Counted from the stretch's first letter, positions 42,699-53,058 are shown. The stretch is 64,000 nt of DNA from Clostridiales bacterium (GCA_017513085.1 JAFWDK010000024.1:1-64000), one strand, 5' to 3'. The notes: generated by a model not told the origin, from the sequence alone. Program-made: numbers and translations.

Positions 42699-44579
42699 AT
42701 GGTAAACATGAGTAACGGTCGTGGTGGAATACCCAATGAAGTGGTGGAAGAGATCCTTTCACGAAGTGACATTGTGTCGATCGTCGGACAGTATGTTCAG
42801 TTTACCAAGTCGTCCGGACAAAACCAGTTCGGTCTTTGTCCTTTTCATTCTGAAGATACGCCGTCTTTTTCAGTATCCACAAATAAACAGATCTATTATT
42901 GTTTCGGTTGCCATAAGGGCGGAAATGTTGTGAATTTCATTATGGAGGTCGAGCACCTTTCCTATGTTGAAGCGTTGAAGTTCCTCGCGGAGAAGGTCGG
43001 TGTGAAGGTCCCTGAACCGGATGATGATAATTATCGGCGTGAAGAGTATCAGAGAAAGCGCATCAAGGAAGTCCTTCTTGAAGCTGCCCGTTACTATTAT
43101 GCTTGTTTTCGTTCCGATAAGGGGCGTGAGGCCAAGGCATATCTTACTAAGAGACAGATTTCGCCTCAAACTGCGACAAAGTTCGGTCTCGGATATGCTC
43201 CGAATGAATGGAACGGCCTGTATAATCATTTGGTTTCAAAGAAGTTTACGCAGAATGAGATCGCCAAGTCCGGTCTTTTTATTACGAAGAACGGCAAGAC
43301 TTATGATCTTTTCCGCGGACGCCTGATGTTTCCGATCTTTAATGCGATGGGTGAACTGATTGCTTTCGGCGGACGTATCATCGGGGATGGACAGCCTAAA
43401 TATGTCAACTCTCCGGAATCCCCGGTATACTCGAAACAGAGAAATCTGTATGCTTTGAACTTTGCCAAGTCTGCCAAGATGAAACAGATCATTGTCGTAG
43501 AGGGCTACATGGATGTTATCTCGATGCATCAGGCCGGTGTTACGAATGCAGTGGCTTCGCTTGGTACAGCGTTAACTGAGAGACAGCTGGATCTGTTGGA
43601 GCGGTATTGCGAGGAGGTAGTGCTTTTTTATGATTCGGACCGTGCCGGACAGAATGCGGCGATCCGAGGTTTGAAAATGCTTTTTGACAGAAAGAAGAAG
43701 CATACCGGTATGACGACAAAGGTTCGTGTCGCGAAAGTTCCGAATGGAAAAGATCCGGATGAGTTTATCCGTGAGTTCGGGAAAGATAAGTTTGCGGAAG
43801 TGGTGGCTAATGCAATGCCTGTGCTTGATTATCTGGTGGAATCTGCACGACTTCAAAGTATGGAAAGCGGAAGCTTCGATTCTGTGCTTTTTCAGCAGCT
43901 TATTTCTACGTATCTTTCCTGGGAAGATAATATGATCCTCCGTGAAAGGGCGGCAAATCAGGCGGCACAGATCCTTGGCGTATCGACGGCATCGGTCATG
44001 GCGGAAGTCGGTAAACTTTCGGTCAAAAGCCATACTGACGCGGTGATCCGTTCCAGAAAGGAAGTGGAGCGGCAGGATACGATACTTCCGGAAAAGAAGA
44101 TCGGCGAGACGGCTTCTCCGGAAGAAATCGTGCTTATGTGTTTGCTTTCGGAATTGAAGGAATCCTATCCGGCTTTCGTTGAGAAATATAAAGACAAACC
44201 GTTGGTAACCGATTTTTCAATGGGAACGATGCGAACGATCGCGACAGAAGTGCTGCCGATACTTGAGACAGGGACACTTGATGCCAACAGATTGCTTCTT
44301 GCTTGCGAAAACCTGATCCTGAACAGAAGAGCAGCCAAAGATACGATTTCTGAGGCTTTGCTACGCGTGGAATATGGAAAGGATCTGGATGAACTGATGC
44401 GAAATACTTTGAATTATCTTTATCTGGTCCGTCTTTCCGTCTATACCAAGCAGAAGGATGAACTTGCGAAGCGGCTCGATGCCATGCCGGACGGAGATGA
44501 TCGTGTAGCAACGGAAAACGCATTCCGGCAGACTTTGGAGTATTTGCAGTTTTTAAAGAGAAAGATGAGGAAGACTTAA
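42699..44579 (+). CDS. dnaG: DNA primase
   Basis: CPFH...CFGC zinc finger, PKYVNSPE, VEGYMD, YDSD Toprim, KDPDE. Confidence 0.97.
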   Translation: MVNMSNGRGGIPNEVVEEILSRSDIVSIVGQYVQFTKSSGQNQFGLCPFHSEDTPSFSVSTNKQIYYCFGCHKGGNVVNFIMEVEHLSYVEALKFLAEKVGVKVPEPDDDNYRREEYQRKRIKEVLLEAARYYYACFRSDKGREAKAYLTKRQISPQTATKFGLGYAPNEWNGLYNHLVSKKFTQNEIAKSGLFITKNGKTYDLFRGRLMFPIFNAMGELIAFGGRIIGDGQPKYVNSPESPVYSKQRNLYALNFAKSAKMKQIIVVEGYMDVISMHQAGVTNAVASLGTALTERQLDLLERYCEEVVLFYDSDRAGQNAAIRGLKMLFDRKKKHTGMTTKVRVAKVPNGKDPDEFIREFGKDKFAEVVANAMPVLDYLVESARLQSMESGSFDSVLFQQLISTYLSWEDNMILRERAANQAAQILGVSTASVMAEVGKLSVKSHTDAVIRSRKEVERQDTILPEKKIGETASPEEIVLMCLLSELKESYPAFVEKYKDKPLVTDFSMGTMRTIATEVLPILETGTLDANRLLLACENLILNRRAAKDTISEALLRVEYGKDLDELMRNTLNYLYLVRLSVYTKQKDELAKRLDAMPDGDDRVATENAFRQTLEYLQFLKRKMRKT

Positions 44580-45250
44580 TGGATCTAGCGAAAGAAGAGC
44601 TTTCACCACGACTGATGACGGTCGTTTCGCTGATCCCCGAGTGCCGGACTGTGATCGATGTTGGTTCAGACCACGGAAAACTTGGCGCCTGGTGTCTTTC
44701 GGCAAAGCGGTGCCGATCACTGGTTGCGACAGATATTCACGAAGCGCCTGCCAAGCGTACCGGTGACTATCTGAGACTTTGCGGTTTTTCGGGAGAATCT
44801 TCTGTTCTTTGTACTGATGGCCTTACAGGTGTCGACGTATCTGATGATACGACTATCGTTATAGCCGGAATGGGCGGCCTCGAGATCAGAAAGATACTGC
44901 AGTGCTTTTTACAAAGAATAGAAGAACTTCCATCAGATCTTACTTTTGTGCTTCAGCCGCAAAGGTCTTTTTATGAATTGCGTGCCTTTTTGACGGAACA
45001 CGGGCTGGCCATCCGTGAAGAAGCTATAGCTTTGGAACGCGGTCATTTTTATACAGTGATGAAGGTGGTCCCGGATAAAGGGGTGAAAGAATTAAGTGAT
45101 GCGGAATTATTTCTTGGACCGTATTTGCTTAGTCAAAAACCACCGCATTTTAAAGAATATATGAATCACCAGCATGGAGTGCTTGAAAAACAGGCGCTCG
45201 GCGATGTCAGATGCCGGAACGTGCTGGAACAATGGGAGGCTTTATTATGA
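44579..45250 (+). CDS. trmK: tRNA (adenine22-N1)-methyltransferase
   Basis: LSPRL, DVGSDHG, IAGMGG, LQP; TAATG overlap with dnaG. Confidence 0.9.
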   Translation: MDLAKEELSPRLMTVVSLIPECRTVIDVGSDHGKLGAWCLSAKRCRSLVATDIHEAPAKRTGDYLRLCGFSGESSVLCTDGLTGVDVSDDTTIVIAGMGGLEIRKILQCFLQRIEELPSDLTFVLQPQRSFYELRAFLTEHGLAIREEAIALERGHFYTVMKVVPDKGVKELSDAELFLGPYLLSQKPPHFKEYMNHQHGVLEKQALGDVRCRNVLEQWEALL

Positions 45251-46017
45251 AAAAGGAATATCTTGTACATGATGTTATGGCGGCCATGCAGGAGATCGCT
45301 CCCGCAGAACTTGCCTGTTCCTGGGATCATGTCGGACTTATGATCGGCGATCCGGGGGCATCAGTGAAAGGTGTGCTTCTTGCCTTGGATCCGAATCGTG
45401 CTGCAATCGAGGCGGCTGTTTCGGCCGGCGCCAATTTGCTCATTACGCACCATCCGCTATTCTTTCATCCTGTGCACGAACTTGATTATCAGACATCTAT
45501 CGGCGCGAATGTCCGCCAGCTGATCCAAAACGATATCAATGTCTTTTCGGCGCATACCAATCTGGATAAAGCTAAACACGGCGTAAATCAGGCTTTGGCA
45601 AAAGAACTGGATCTTGTTATGCCGGTTCTCCTTGAGGGTGCCGAGGTGGGTATCGGGGGGAGTCTTGGAGATGATTCCAGAAATCTTTTCGAATATGCAG
45701 AATTCGTTAAACTTCAGCTTGGCGCTACAGGCGTGATCTTAAATACCGATCAGGATCAGGAAGTTTCCCGGGTGTTTCTCCAAGGCGGTGCTTTTGACGA
45801 AGATGTAATGCCGATACTGAAAATGGCTAGGATCGACTGTGTGGTGACCGGAGAAATGAAGCATTCTCATATGGTTGAACTTGAAGAAGCAGGGATCGCG
45901 GCGATCGTGTGCGGTCATGAAGTGACCGAACGCATAGTTCTGCCGAGTTTAAAGGAACAGCTTTTGCGCAAATTGCCGAATTTGCCGGTTACAGTCTTTT
46001 CCGGGCACAAATGGTGA
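45247..46017 (+). CDS. Nif3-like dinuclear metal centre protein
   Basis: WDHVGL, ITHHP, HTNLD, TGEMKH, GHEVTE; ATGA overlap with trmK. Confidence 0.92.
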   Translation: MKKEYLVHDVMAAMQEIAPAELACSWDHVGLMIGDPGASVKGVLLALDPNRAAIEAAVSAGANLLITHHPLFFHPVHELDYQTSIGANVRQLIQNDINVFSAHTNLDKAKHGVNQALAKELDLVMPVLLEGAEVGIGGSLGDDSRNLFEYAEFVKLQLGATGVILNTDQDQEVSRVFLQGGAFDEDVMPILKMARIDCVVTGEMKHSHMVELEEAGIAAIVCGHEVTERIVLPSLKEQLLRKLPNLPVTVFSGHKW

Positions 46018-46063
46018 AAAAAAGAGGTAGAAGTTAATTCTACGTTCGATTATAATACTATTG

Positions 46064-46424
46064 TTTTCTAAGCTGGGCCGGATGATCGCGGGCACAAGTG
46101 TCGAAAGACCGTGCATGAGGAAAGTCCGGGCTCCATAGGACAAGGGTGCCGGGCAGTTCCCGGTGAAGGTAACTTTAAGGAAAGTGCAACAGAAAAGAAA
46201 ACCGCCGGTTCTTTCGGGAAACGGTAAGGATGAAAAGGCGAGGTAAGAGCTCACCGGCGATACGGTAACGTATCGGCCTTGTAAACCCCACCCGGAGCAA
46301 CGCCGTGGGAGATAGAACTGTGGTCCGCAGGTCTCAAGGAGGCGGCTTGAGCCGGAACGAGATTTCCGGTCTAGATAGATGATCATCCATGACAGAACCC
46401 GGCTTACAGGTCCAACTTGGAAAA
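46064..46424 (+). ncRNA. rnpB: RNase P RNA (type A-like)
   Basis: GAGGAAAGTCCGGGCTC, AGTGCAACAGAAA, GTAAACCCC, ACAGAACCCGGCTTA conserved blocks; terminal P1 pairing; TATAAT at 46051. Confidence 0.96.
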
Positions 46425-46497
46425 TACTTTATTTGTTAAAACATTACATGTTATTGATGTATGAAGAATATTAATGTTTAGAAAGAAGGAAAGTGAC

Positions 46498-47670
46498 ATG
46501 GCAGAATCGTATCTCAGTCGAGGAGTGTCTCCTACAAAGGATGATGTAAAGAAAGCAGTGGCAAATCAGGATAAAGGTGTTTTCCCGGGTGCTTTTTGCA
46601 AATTGATCGAAGATCTCGGCGGAGATCCTGACTATTGTACAGCGATCCATGCTGATGGCGCGGGGACCAAATCTTCTGTTGCTTATATTGCTTACCGTGA
46701 GACAGGTGATCTGAAGTGGTTTAAAGGTATCGCGCAGGATTCTCTCGTAATGAATACTGATGACCTGGCTTGTGTCGGTGCCATTGAGAAGCTTTCCTTG
46801 TCCAATACGATCGGCCGTAATGCACATCGTGTGGATGGTAAGTGTATCGCAGCTGTCATCGAAGGATATAACGATATTGTCGGCAAACTCCAGGACATGG
46901 GATTTGATCTTTCTATGTGCGGCGGGGAGACTGCAGATGTCGGAGATCTGGTACGTACGTTGATCGTTGACTCTCCGATCGTTACACGTGTCGCTAGAAA
47001 GAATGTTATTAATGCAGCTAACATTAAACCCGGACATGTGATTGTCGGATTGGCTTCCTTCGGACAGGCAACCTACGAAGATTCATATAACTCCGGTATT
47101 TCTTCGAATGGCTTGACTGCTGCACGTCACATGCTTCTTTGCAAAGATTACCTGCGTGAATATCCCGAGTCCGTTTCTGAAACGATCCCGGAAGATAAAG
47201 TATATTGCGGTAAATTCCGTCTTACTGATAAACTTCCATACAGTGAGCAGACGGTTGCAGAAGCGATCCTTTCTCCGACGCGTACATATCTTCCTGTTAT
47301 TCGTGATGTTCTTTCTTCCTATCGTGAACAGATCTCCGGTATTATCCACTGTACAGGTGGCGGACAGGCTAAGTGCCGGGATTTCGGTAAGAATATCCGT
47401 ATCGTAAAAGACAATCTTTTCGCTTTCCCACCGATCTTTCAGACTATCTATGAGTCCGGTGAGATCCCGATGAAAGAAATGTATCAGGTATTCAACTGCG
47501 GTCACAGAATCGAGTTCTACTGCGACGAGAGTGTGGCAGAAGGTATCATGAAAATTGCCGGAAAATACAACATCGAATCCAGGATCGTCGGTCGTGTGGA
47601 AGCATTACCGGAAGGTTCTGAGAATCAAGTCGTCATTCGCGCAAACGGGGAAGAGTTTATCTACGGATGA
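46498..47670 (+). CDS. purM: AIR synthase (PurM), long variant
   Basis: RGVS..KDDV, HADGAGTKS, MNTDD, GGETADVGD, SNGLT, HCTGGG, FNCG. Confidence 0.8.
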   Translation: MAESYLSRGVSPTKDDVKKAVANQDKGVFPGAFCKLIEDLGGDPDYCTAIHADGAGTKSSVAYIAYRETGDLKWFKGIAQDSLVMNTDDLACVGAIEKLSLSNTIGRNAHRVDGKCIAAVIEGYNDIVGKLQDMGFDLSMCGGETADVGDLVRTLIVDSPIVTRVARKNVINAANIKPGHVIVGLASFGQATYEDSYNSGISSNGLTAARHMLLCKDYLREYPESVSETIPEDKVYCGKFRLTDKLPYSEQTVAEAILSPTRTYLPVIRDVLSSYREQISGIIHCTGGGQAKCRDFGKNIRIVKDNLFAFPPIFQTIYESGEIPMKEMYQVFNCGHRIEFYCDESVAEGIMKIAGKYNIESRIVGRVEALPEGSENQVVIRANGEEFIYG

Positions 47671-47698
47671 GCCTCACGTGTTGATGTGGTGTAAGAAG

Positions 47699-48538
47699 AT
47701 GCGTCATTCTATAGTCAGGACCATGAATGTTTTGCTCGTTCTGGCAATGATCCTTCCAATGGTTTCTTGTGGAAGTCTGGATCAGAGTCTTTCGAAGATC
47801 ACGACTGTTTCTTCCGAATCGACACAAGCGCCCGTTCCGGGTTCTTCATCAGATAAGTCTGTGCCTGTGTCCGATAATGAATCGGATCTGAGCGAATTAG
47901 TGAGATCCTATATGGATACATTGATTTCCGGTGATGTTGACGCAGTGTGTAAAAAGTTCGGTTGTCAGAGGTCGGAGATCCTCTTTGCGTCTTCCAAGGT
48001 GGATGAAGTCGTTTTTCCTATTTTGTATCAGAATGCGACGTATTCTGTTGGCGGCGTGATCACGTCAGATCATTCGGATTATTCTGTTGATGTGACACTG
48101 ATGTTTCCGGATATTGCCGACTGTTTTGATCAGGTGCTCCAGGATACTGATTTTATGGTAGAGGCATCTAAAGATTGGGTGCTGGCTTTGAAAGCTCATG
48201 AGAATGTTCAGGAAGAAAAAGACGAGATGGTCTATCTGGCTTTTGCGGAAGCTTTGGTCCGTATTAAAGACGGAACATACCAGAGGAAGACAATGTATAC
48301 GGAATTATTCCGCTTTCATGCAAATCCGGGAGAGTATATCTGTGAAGGATACCCGAACTTTGTCAGTCTTTTGGGAAAAAGCAACTACATGAGGCGGTTC
48401 GCTTTTGTAGACATAAGAGAGGAGTATGACCTTCTTTCTCTTTATACCCCTCTATTTGTAAAGAGTGGAACGATTACTTCGGAGGAGGCGGATACGATCC
48501 TTCAGGAGAAGTTTGCGGAGATTGCGAATTTCGGTTGA
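47699..48538 (+). CDS. Hypothetical lipoprotein
   Basis: Hydrophobic signal ending MVSC, Ser-rich linker; start codon uncertain. Confidence 0.6.
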   Translation: MRHSIVRTMNVLLVLAMILPMVSCGSLDQSLSKITTVSSESTQAPVPGSSSDKSVPVSDNESDLSELVRSYMDTLISGDVDAVCKKFGCQRSEILFASSKVDEVVFPILYQNATYSVGGVITSDHSDYSVDVTLMFPDIADCFDQVLQDTDFMVEASKDWVLALKAHENVQEEKDEMVYLAFAEALVRIKDGTYQRKTMYTELFRFHANPGEYICEGYPNFVSLLGKSNYMRRFAFVDIREEYDLLSLYTPLFVKSGTITSEEADTILQEKFAEIANFG

Positions 48539-48624
48539 ATCGGAATTCTGCATCCTCGAAAAACGGTAGAAAACTTAATTTTTGAAGATTTTTCAGTTTT
48601 AGACTGTTTTTTTCAAAAAGAGTG

Positions 48625-48653
48625 TTGACAAGCGATTTTATCATCGATATAAT
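48625..48653 (+). promoter_or_regulatory. Consensus sigma-A promoter of tRNA-Lys
   Basis: TTGACA-17-TATAAT. Confidence 0.85.
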
Positions 48654-48685
48654 AATCAACGTTCGCGAGGAAAGCGATCGAAAAT

Positions 48686-48761
48686 GTACCTTTAGCTCAG
48701 TTGGTAGAGCAACTGACTCTTAATCAGTGGGCCCAGGGTTCGAGTCCCTGAAGGTGCACCA
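48686..48761 (+). tRNA. tRNA-Lys (anticodon CTT)
   Basis: 76-nt cloverleaf; actga-ctCTTaa-tcagt anticodon arm; encoded CCA. Confidence 0.95.
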
Positions 48762-48762
48762 G

Positions 48763-48789
48763 ACCGGATCAGAAATGATCCGGTTTTTT
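48763..48789 (+). terminator. Intrinsic terminator after tRNA-Lys
   Basis: accggatca-gaaa-tgatccggt plus T tract. Confidence 0.85.
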
Positions 48790-48878
48790 ATTTTCTTCAC
48801 GTTCCATCGTACAAGTATATTTCCTTGTGATATAATTTCTTTATTGCGGCATGGACCGAATAACAGGAGGAAGTTTAA

Positions 48879-50162
48879 ATGGATAATAATTTCAGTATAG
48901 AGACCAATTGCGTACAGGGTGCATATCAACCGAAAAATGGTGAACCAAGAGTGATGCCGATCGTGCAGAGTACGACATGGAAATATTCCTCAACAGAGCA
49001 GATGGGTCGTCTTTTCGATTTGGAAGAGAACGGTTATTTCTATACACGTCTTGCTAATCCGACCAGCGATCTGGTAGCAGCGAAGATCTGTATGCTGGAA
49101 GGTGGCGTAGCGGCGATGCTGACTTCTTCCGGTCAGGCGGCAAATTTCTATTCGATTTTTAATGTGTGTTCCGCCGGTGATCACATCGTTTGTTCTTCGG
49201 CAATCTATGGCGGCACATATAATCTTTTTGCTCATACGATCAAGAAAATGGGCATCGATGCGACTTTCGTATCTCCGGATTCGACTGAAGAAGAGATTCA
49301 GGCAGCTATCCGTCCAAATACTAAGCTCGTTTTCGGTGAAACGATTGCCAACCCTGCTTTGAATGTCCTTGATATTGAGACATTTGCAAAGACTGCACAT
49401 AAGAACGGACTTCCATTCATGATCGACAATACATTTGCTACACCGATCAACTGTCGTCCGATCGAGTGGGGTGCGGATATCGTTATCCATTCCACAACCA
49501 AGTATATGGATGGTCATGCAACTTCTGTCGGTGGCTGCATCGTGGATGCAGGTACTTTTGACTGGGCGAAATATCCGGACAAATTTGCCGGACTGGTTGA
49601 GCCGGATGAAACTTATCATGGTGTTTCCTACACAGGCCGATTCGGTAAGTCTGCTTTCATCATGAAGGCTGTTGCTCAACTGATGCGTGATCTTGGATCT
49701 ATCCCGGGCCCGATGAATGCGTTTTTGCTGAATCTTGGTTTGGAGACGTTGCATCTTCGTATGCCGCGTCACTGTGAAAATGCTCTGGCGATTGCCGAGT
49801 ATTTACAGAAGCATCCGAAGATTGCCTGGGTTTCTTATCCTGGCCTTCCTGGTGATAAGGAATATGCTAAGGCACAGAAATACATGCCGAACGGAACCTG
49901 CGGTGTTCTTTCTTTCGGTGTGAAGGGTGGAAGAGAAGCTTGTGTAAAGTTCATGGATTCACTTAAACTTGCTGCTATCTGTACTCACGTTGCTGATTGC
50001 CGTACTTGCGTCTTGCATCCGGCTTCCCATACACATCGCCAGATGAATGACGAGGAATTGAAAGCCGCCGGTGTCAGCCCGGATCTGATCCGTTTCTCAG
50101 TTGGTATCGAGAATAAGGAAGATCTTATTGCTGATATTGAACAGGCACTCGCTAATGTATGA
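48879..50162 (+). CDS. metY: O-acetylhomoserine sulfhydrylase (PLP)
   Basis: YTRLANPT, SSGQAA, DNTFATP, HSTTKYMDGH, HPASHTHRQ. Confidence 0.9.
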   Translation: MDNNFSIETNCVQGAYQPKNGEPRVMPIVQSTTWKYSSTEQMGRLFDLEENGYFYTRLANPTSDLVAAKICMLEGGVAAMLTSSGQAANFYSIFNVCSAGDHIVCSSAIYGGTYNLFAHTIKKMGIDATFVSPDSTEEEIQAAIRPNTKLVFGETIANPALNVLDIETFAKTAHKNGLPFMIDNTFATPINCRPIEWGADIVIHSTTKYMDGHATSVGGCIVDAGTFDWAKYPDKFAGLVEPDETYHGVSYTGRFGKSAFIMKAVAQLMRDLGSIPGPMNAFLLNLGLETLHLRMPRHCENALAIAEYLQKHPKIAWVSYPGLPGDKEYAKAQKYMPNGTCGVLSFGVKGGREACVKFMDSLKLAAICTHVADCRTCVLHPASHTHRQMNDEELKAAGVSPDLIRFSVGIENKEDLIADIEQALANV

Positions 50163-50221
50163 TCCTTCCGCTTTCCTCTTCTTGATGTTATCCGTGAGAA
50201 GGTGCTTTTGAAGAAGAATAG

Positions 50222-50235
50222 CGAAATCGATTTCG
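50222..50235. promoter_or_regulatory. Second copy of the palindromic operator
   Basis: CGAAATCGATTTCG, identical to the core at 7159-7172; TAAAAT at 50267. Confidence 0.7.
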
Positions 50236-50310
50236 AAAAAGCATTTCCATTTACGCTCCTTTTATGTAAAATAGAAGGAGCGTAAATATTTTCCCAAGGA
50301 GGATCAATCA

Positions 50311-50946
50311 ATGAAGATCTATAGCGTATTGGACAAAGAATTCGCACCTTATGGTAAGGTTTTGGAAGGTTATGATGTAGCCGATCTTCTCAAGGCTCTT
50401 GATGAGAAGACACCTCTTCCTGAAGGCGTAGACTATGTTATGAGCTGCGCTGACCTCGAGTATACCAAAGCTTTTGGCCAGCTTCAGAATAATGCATACG
50501 GTGGCATGCCGATTCAGCTCGGTTACTGCAATGGTCATAACACGAAGCTTAACTGCCTCGAGTATCACCGCGACAGCGAACTGAATATCGGTTCAACCGA
50601 CTTTATTCTTTTGCTTGCTAAGGCTGACGATATCATCGATGGAAAACTCGATACATCCAAGGTCATGGCTTTTAAAGCGGAAAAAGGTCAGGTCGTTGAA
50701 GTTTATGAGACATCTTTACACTATGCTCCGTGTTCTGCGAAGAAGGGTGAAGGATTTAAGGTCGTTATCGTTCTGCCGAAGGGTACGAATGGTCCGGTTC
50801 CGGCACTTATACCTGCAAATGAAGAAGATAAGTGGATGACAGCTTGCAACAAGTGGCTCCTTGCTCATGAAGATTCTTCTGAAGCAAAGAGCGGTGCTTA
50901 TGTAGGTCTTACCGGCGTAAATCCGGATATTGCTGATCTTATCTGA
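50311..50946 (+). CDS. DUF4867-like cupin-type protein
   Basis: YGGMPIQLGYCNGHN, LEYHR.SE, LHYAPC and NKWLLAH motifs recalled for this family; AAGGAGG RBS. Confidence 0.75.
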   Translation: MKIYSVLDKEFAPYGKVLEGYDVADLLKALDEKTPLPEGVDYVMSCADLEYTKAFGQLQNNAYGGMPIQLGYCNGHNTKLNCLEYHRDSELNIGSTDFILLLAKADDIIDGKLDTSKVMAFKAEKGQVVEVYETSLHYAPCSAKKGEGFKVVIVLPKGTNGPVPALIPANEEDKWMTACNKWLLAHEDSSEAKSGAYVGLTGVNPDIADLI

Positions 50947-50983
50947 TCCGTATAGTCCGAATTCCGGCTAACAGAAGTTAAAG

Positions 50984-51044
50984 AAATCTCCCTATCGGTG
51001 AATCTTTTCAATAAAGAGACGATTGAGCCGACGGGGAGATTTTT
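50984..51044. terminator. Probable bidirectional terminator between convergent genes
   Basis: aaatctccctatcgg...ccgacggggagattt imperfect inverted repeat. Confidence 0.6.
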
Positions 51045-51066
51045 AATGCTGTTTATTCTTGGTTAA

Positions 51067-52416
51067 TCAGCCGAAGAATTCTTTATATAGAGTTCTTACA
51101 GCGTAGGAACAATACTCTTCACGAACACCGAACATAACGGAGATCTCAGAAGCACCCTGGTTGATCAGCTCCAGGTTGATACCGGCTTTACTGAGAGCAG
51201 TTGCAGCTCTTGCCGTAGTACCAACAGTATTCGCCATAGCCTCACCGACGATCATGACGATTGCAAGATCACGGTTAACAGATACGGAATCAACATTGAG
51301 TTCCAAACTGATGCGCTGGATGATCCGACGTTCTTTTTCCGGTGTGAAATCAGCGGAACGCAGGATGATGGAAACCGAATCGATGCCGGATGGCATGTGC
51401 TCGATGGATAATCCCTCATCAGCAATGATTGCCAGAACTTTAACAAGGAAGCCGACTTCGCGGTTCATCAGATACTTGCTCATATTCAGAGCGCAGAATC
51501 CTTTTTCACCGGCAATACCGGTTACAAGAGAGTCGTAATGTGTTCGCTTGCTGACGATCATAGTGCCTTTGCCAGACGGGTTGTTGGTGTTTTTGATGTT
51601 AACCGGAATGCCACGTACAAATGCAGGGTAGAGGGCTTCTTCGTGAAGCACCTGGAAACCGGCATATGCAAGTTCGCGCATTTCATCGTATGTGATCTCG
51701 GTAACCGGGAATGGATCCTTGACCAGATTCGGGTTCACGGCAAATACGTTATCTACATCAGTCCAGTTTTCATAAACAGTGGCATGAAGTGCTGCCGCCA
51801 GGATCGCACCGGTAATATCAGAACCGCCACGGGAGAAGGTGATGATCTCGCCGTCTTTAGAATAACCAAAGAAGCCAGGGAAGACACAGATCTCGCGGAG
51901 ACGGGAAAGGTCAGCAAGGTTGTCATAGGATTCCGGAAGGACTTTAACATGACCGCCAACTTCGGTTTCCAGATAGAGACCGGCAACTTTAGGATTGCAG
52001 TAAGTGGCTTTGTGGCCTGTCTTGGTAAGATAGGTGGCTACAAGACGGGCACAGCTGTCTTCACCAAGAGCTTTGGTCGCATCCATAAAGAGGGATGCAT
52101 CCTTGATCGGTTCGTTCACTGAACTTTCGATGTTTTCCTTGATCGATTCCATGCACTCGGGGATCTCGAGTTCTTCGCAAATGGAAGAGTAACGATCCAG
52201 AACAGCCTTGAGTTCTTTTTCACCGGATTGACCGGAAATCTTTGCGTTGGCCAGTGAAATGAGAAGATCTGTGACTTTAATATCGGAAGAGAATCTCTTT
52301 CCTGGTGCGGATACAACGATCACACGCCGCTCCTCGTCGCTGAGCAATATATCGCAGACCTTTTTGATTTGAGTGGCGTCTGCACAGGATGAACCACCGA
52401 ATTTCGTAACTTTCAT
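51067..52416 (-). CDS. lysC: Aspartate kinase
   Basis: MKVTKFGGSS, VVSAPGK, SRGGSD, WTDVD, two ACT domains; AAGGAGG RBS before 52416. Confidence 0.92.
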   Translation of the reverse strand: MKVTKFGGSSCADATQIKKVCDILLSDEERRVIVVSAPGKRFSSDIKVTDLLISLANAKISGQSGEKELKAVLDRYSSICEELEIPECMESIKENIESSVNEPIKDASLFMDATKALGEDSCARLVATYLTKTGHKATYCNPKVAGLYLETEVGGHVKVLPESYDNLADLSRLREICVFPGFFGYSKDGEIITFSRGGSDITGAILAAALHATVYENWTDVDNVFAVNPNLVKDPFPVTEITYDEMRELAYAGFQVLHEEALYPAFVRGIPVNIKNTNNPSGKGTMIVSKRTHYDSLVTGIAGEKGFCALNMSKYLMNREVGFLVKVLAIIADEGLSIEHMPSGIDSVSIILRSADFTPEKERRIIQRISLELNVDSVSVNRDLAIVMIVGEAMANTVGTTARAATALSKAGINLELINQGASEISVMFGVREEYCSYAVRTLYKEFFG

Positions 52417-52566
52417 GAAAACCGAACCTCCTTGATTCGTTGCTTTTCGTTTCAAGCTATTATATATGTATATATGACGTTTTCGCAAGTAAAAGAACCT
52501 GTGACTTGCGGTTTTTTCATATCATTGGTATGCTTACGAAGATATTTGGTAGCATGGAGAGGTGTT

Positions 52567-53058
52567 ATGGGTAATATTTTCCGCCCGAATATGTGTGCGC
52601 ATAAAGTAAGTGATCTCGACTTTGGTGATCTTAGAAGCCGGGGATTCCGTTATGCACTTCTTGATTTTGACAATACGCTTGCTCCGGACCATTATACTGA
52701 ACCGATCGACTATTCCTACGATATGGTGAAAAGAATGAAACAAGCCGGTTTTTCGTTATGCCTCGTATCAAATGCGAAATCGGAACGATCGGCCAATATC
52801 GCTAAAATGCTTGATATTCCTTGTATTTCATATGCGCATAAACCTAGCCCTTCCGGAGTTTTGAAAGCTATGGAGAAGATCGGCGCGCAACAAGAATCCA
52901 CGCTCATGATCGGGGATCAGATCTTCACGGATGTAGCAGCCGGTAATCGGGCAGGCATTTTTACGATCCTTGTCGATCGTTATACAAAAAAAGAAGTATT
53001 TTATGTTGTTTTAAAACGTTTCCCTGAATGGATCATACGAAAAATCTGCAGATTCTGA
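52567..53058 (+). CDS. YqeG-family HAD IIIA phosphatase
   Basis: DFDNTL, VSN, KP, IGDQIFTD. Confidence 0.9.
   Translation: MGNIFRPNMCAHKVSDLDFGDLRSRGFRYALLDFDNTLAPDHYTEPIDYSYDMVKRMKQAGFSLCLVSNAKSERSANIAKMLDIPCISYAHKPSPSGVLKAMEKIGAQQESTLMIGDQIFTDVAAGNRAGIFTILVDRYTKKEVFYVVLKRFPEWIIRKICRF

Noticed and set aside
45949-46386. 145-aa minus-strand ORF
   Set aside because: Overlaps the RNase P RNA gene
52417-52566. Lysine riboswitch upstream of aspartokinase (or S-box upstream of metY)
   Set aside because: Leaders are short and lack the conserved motifs
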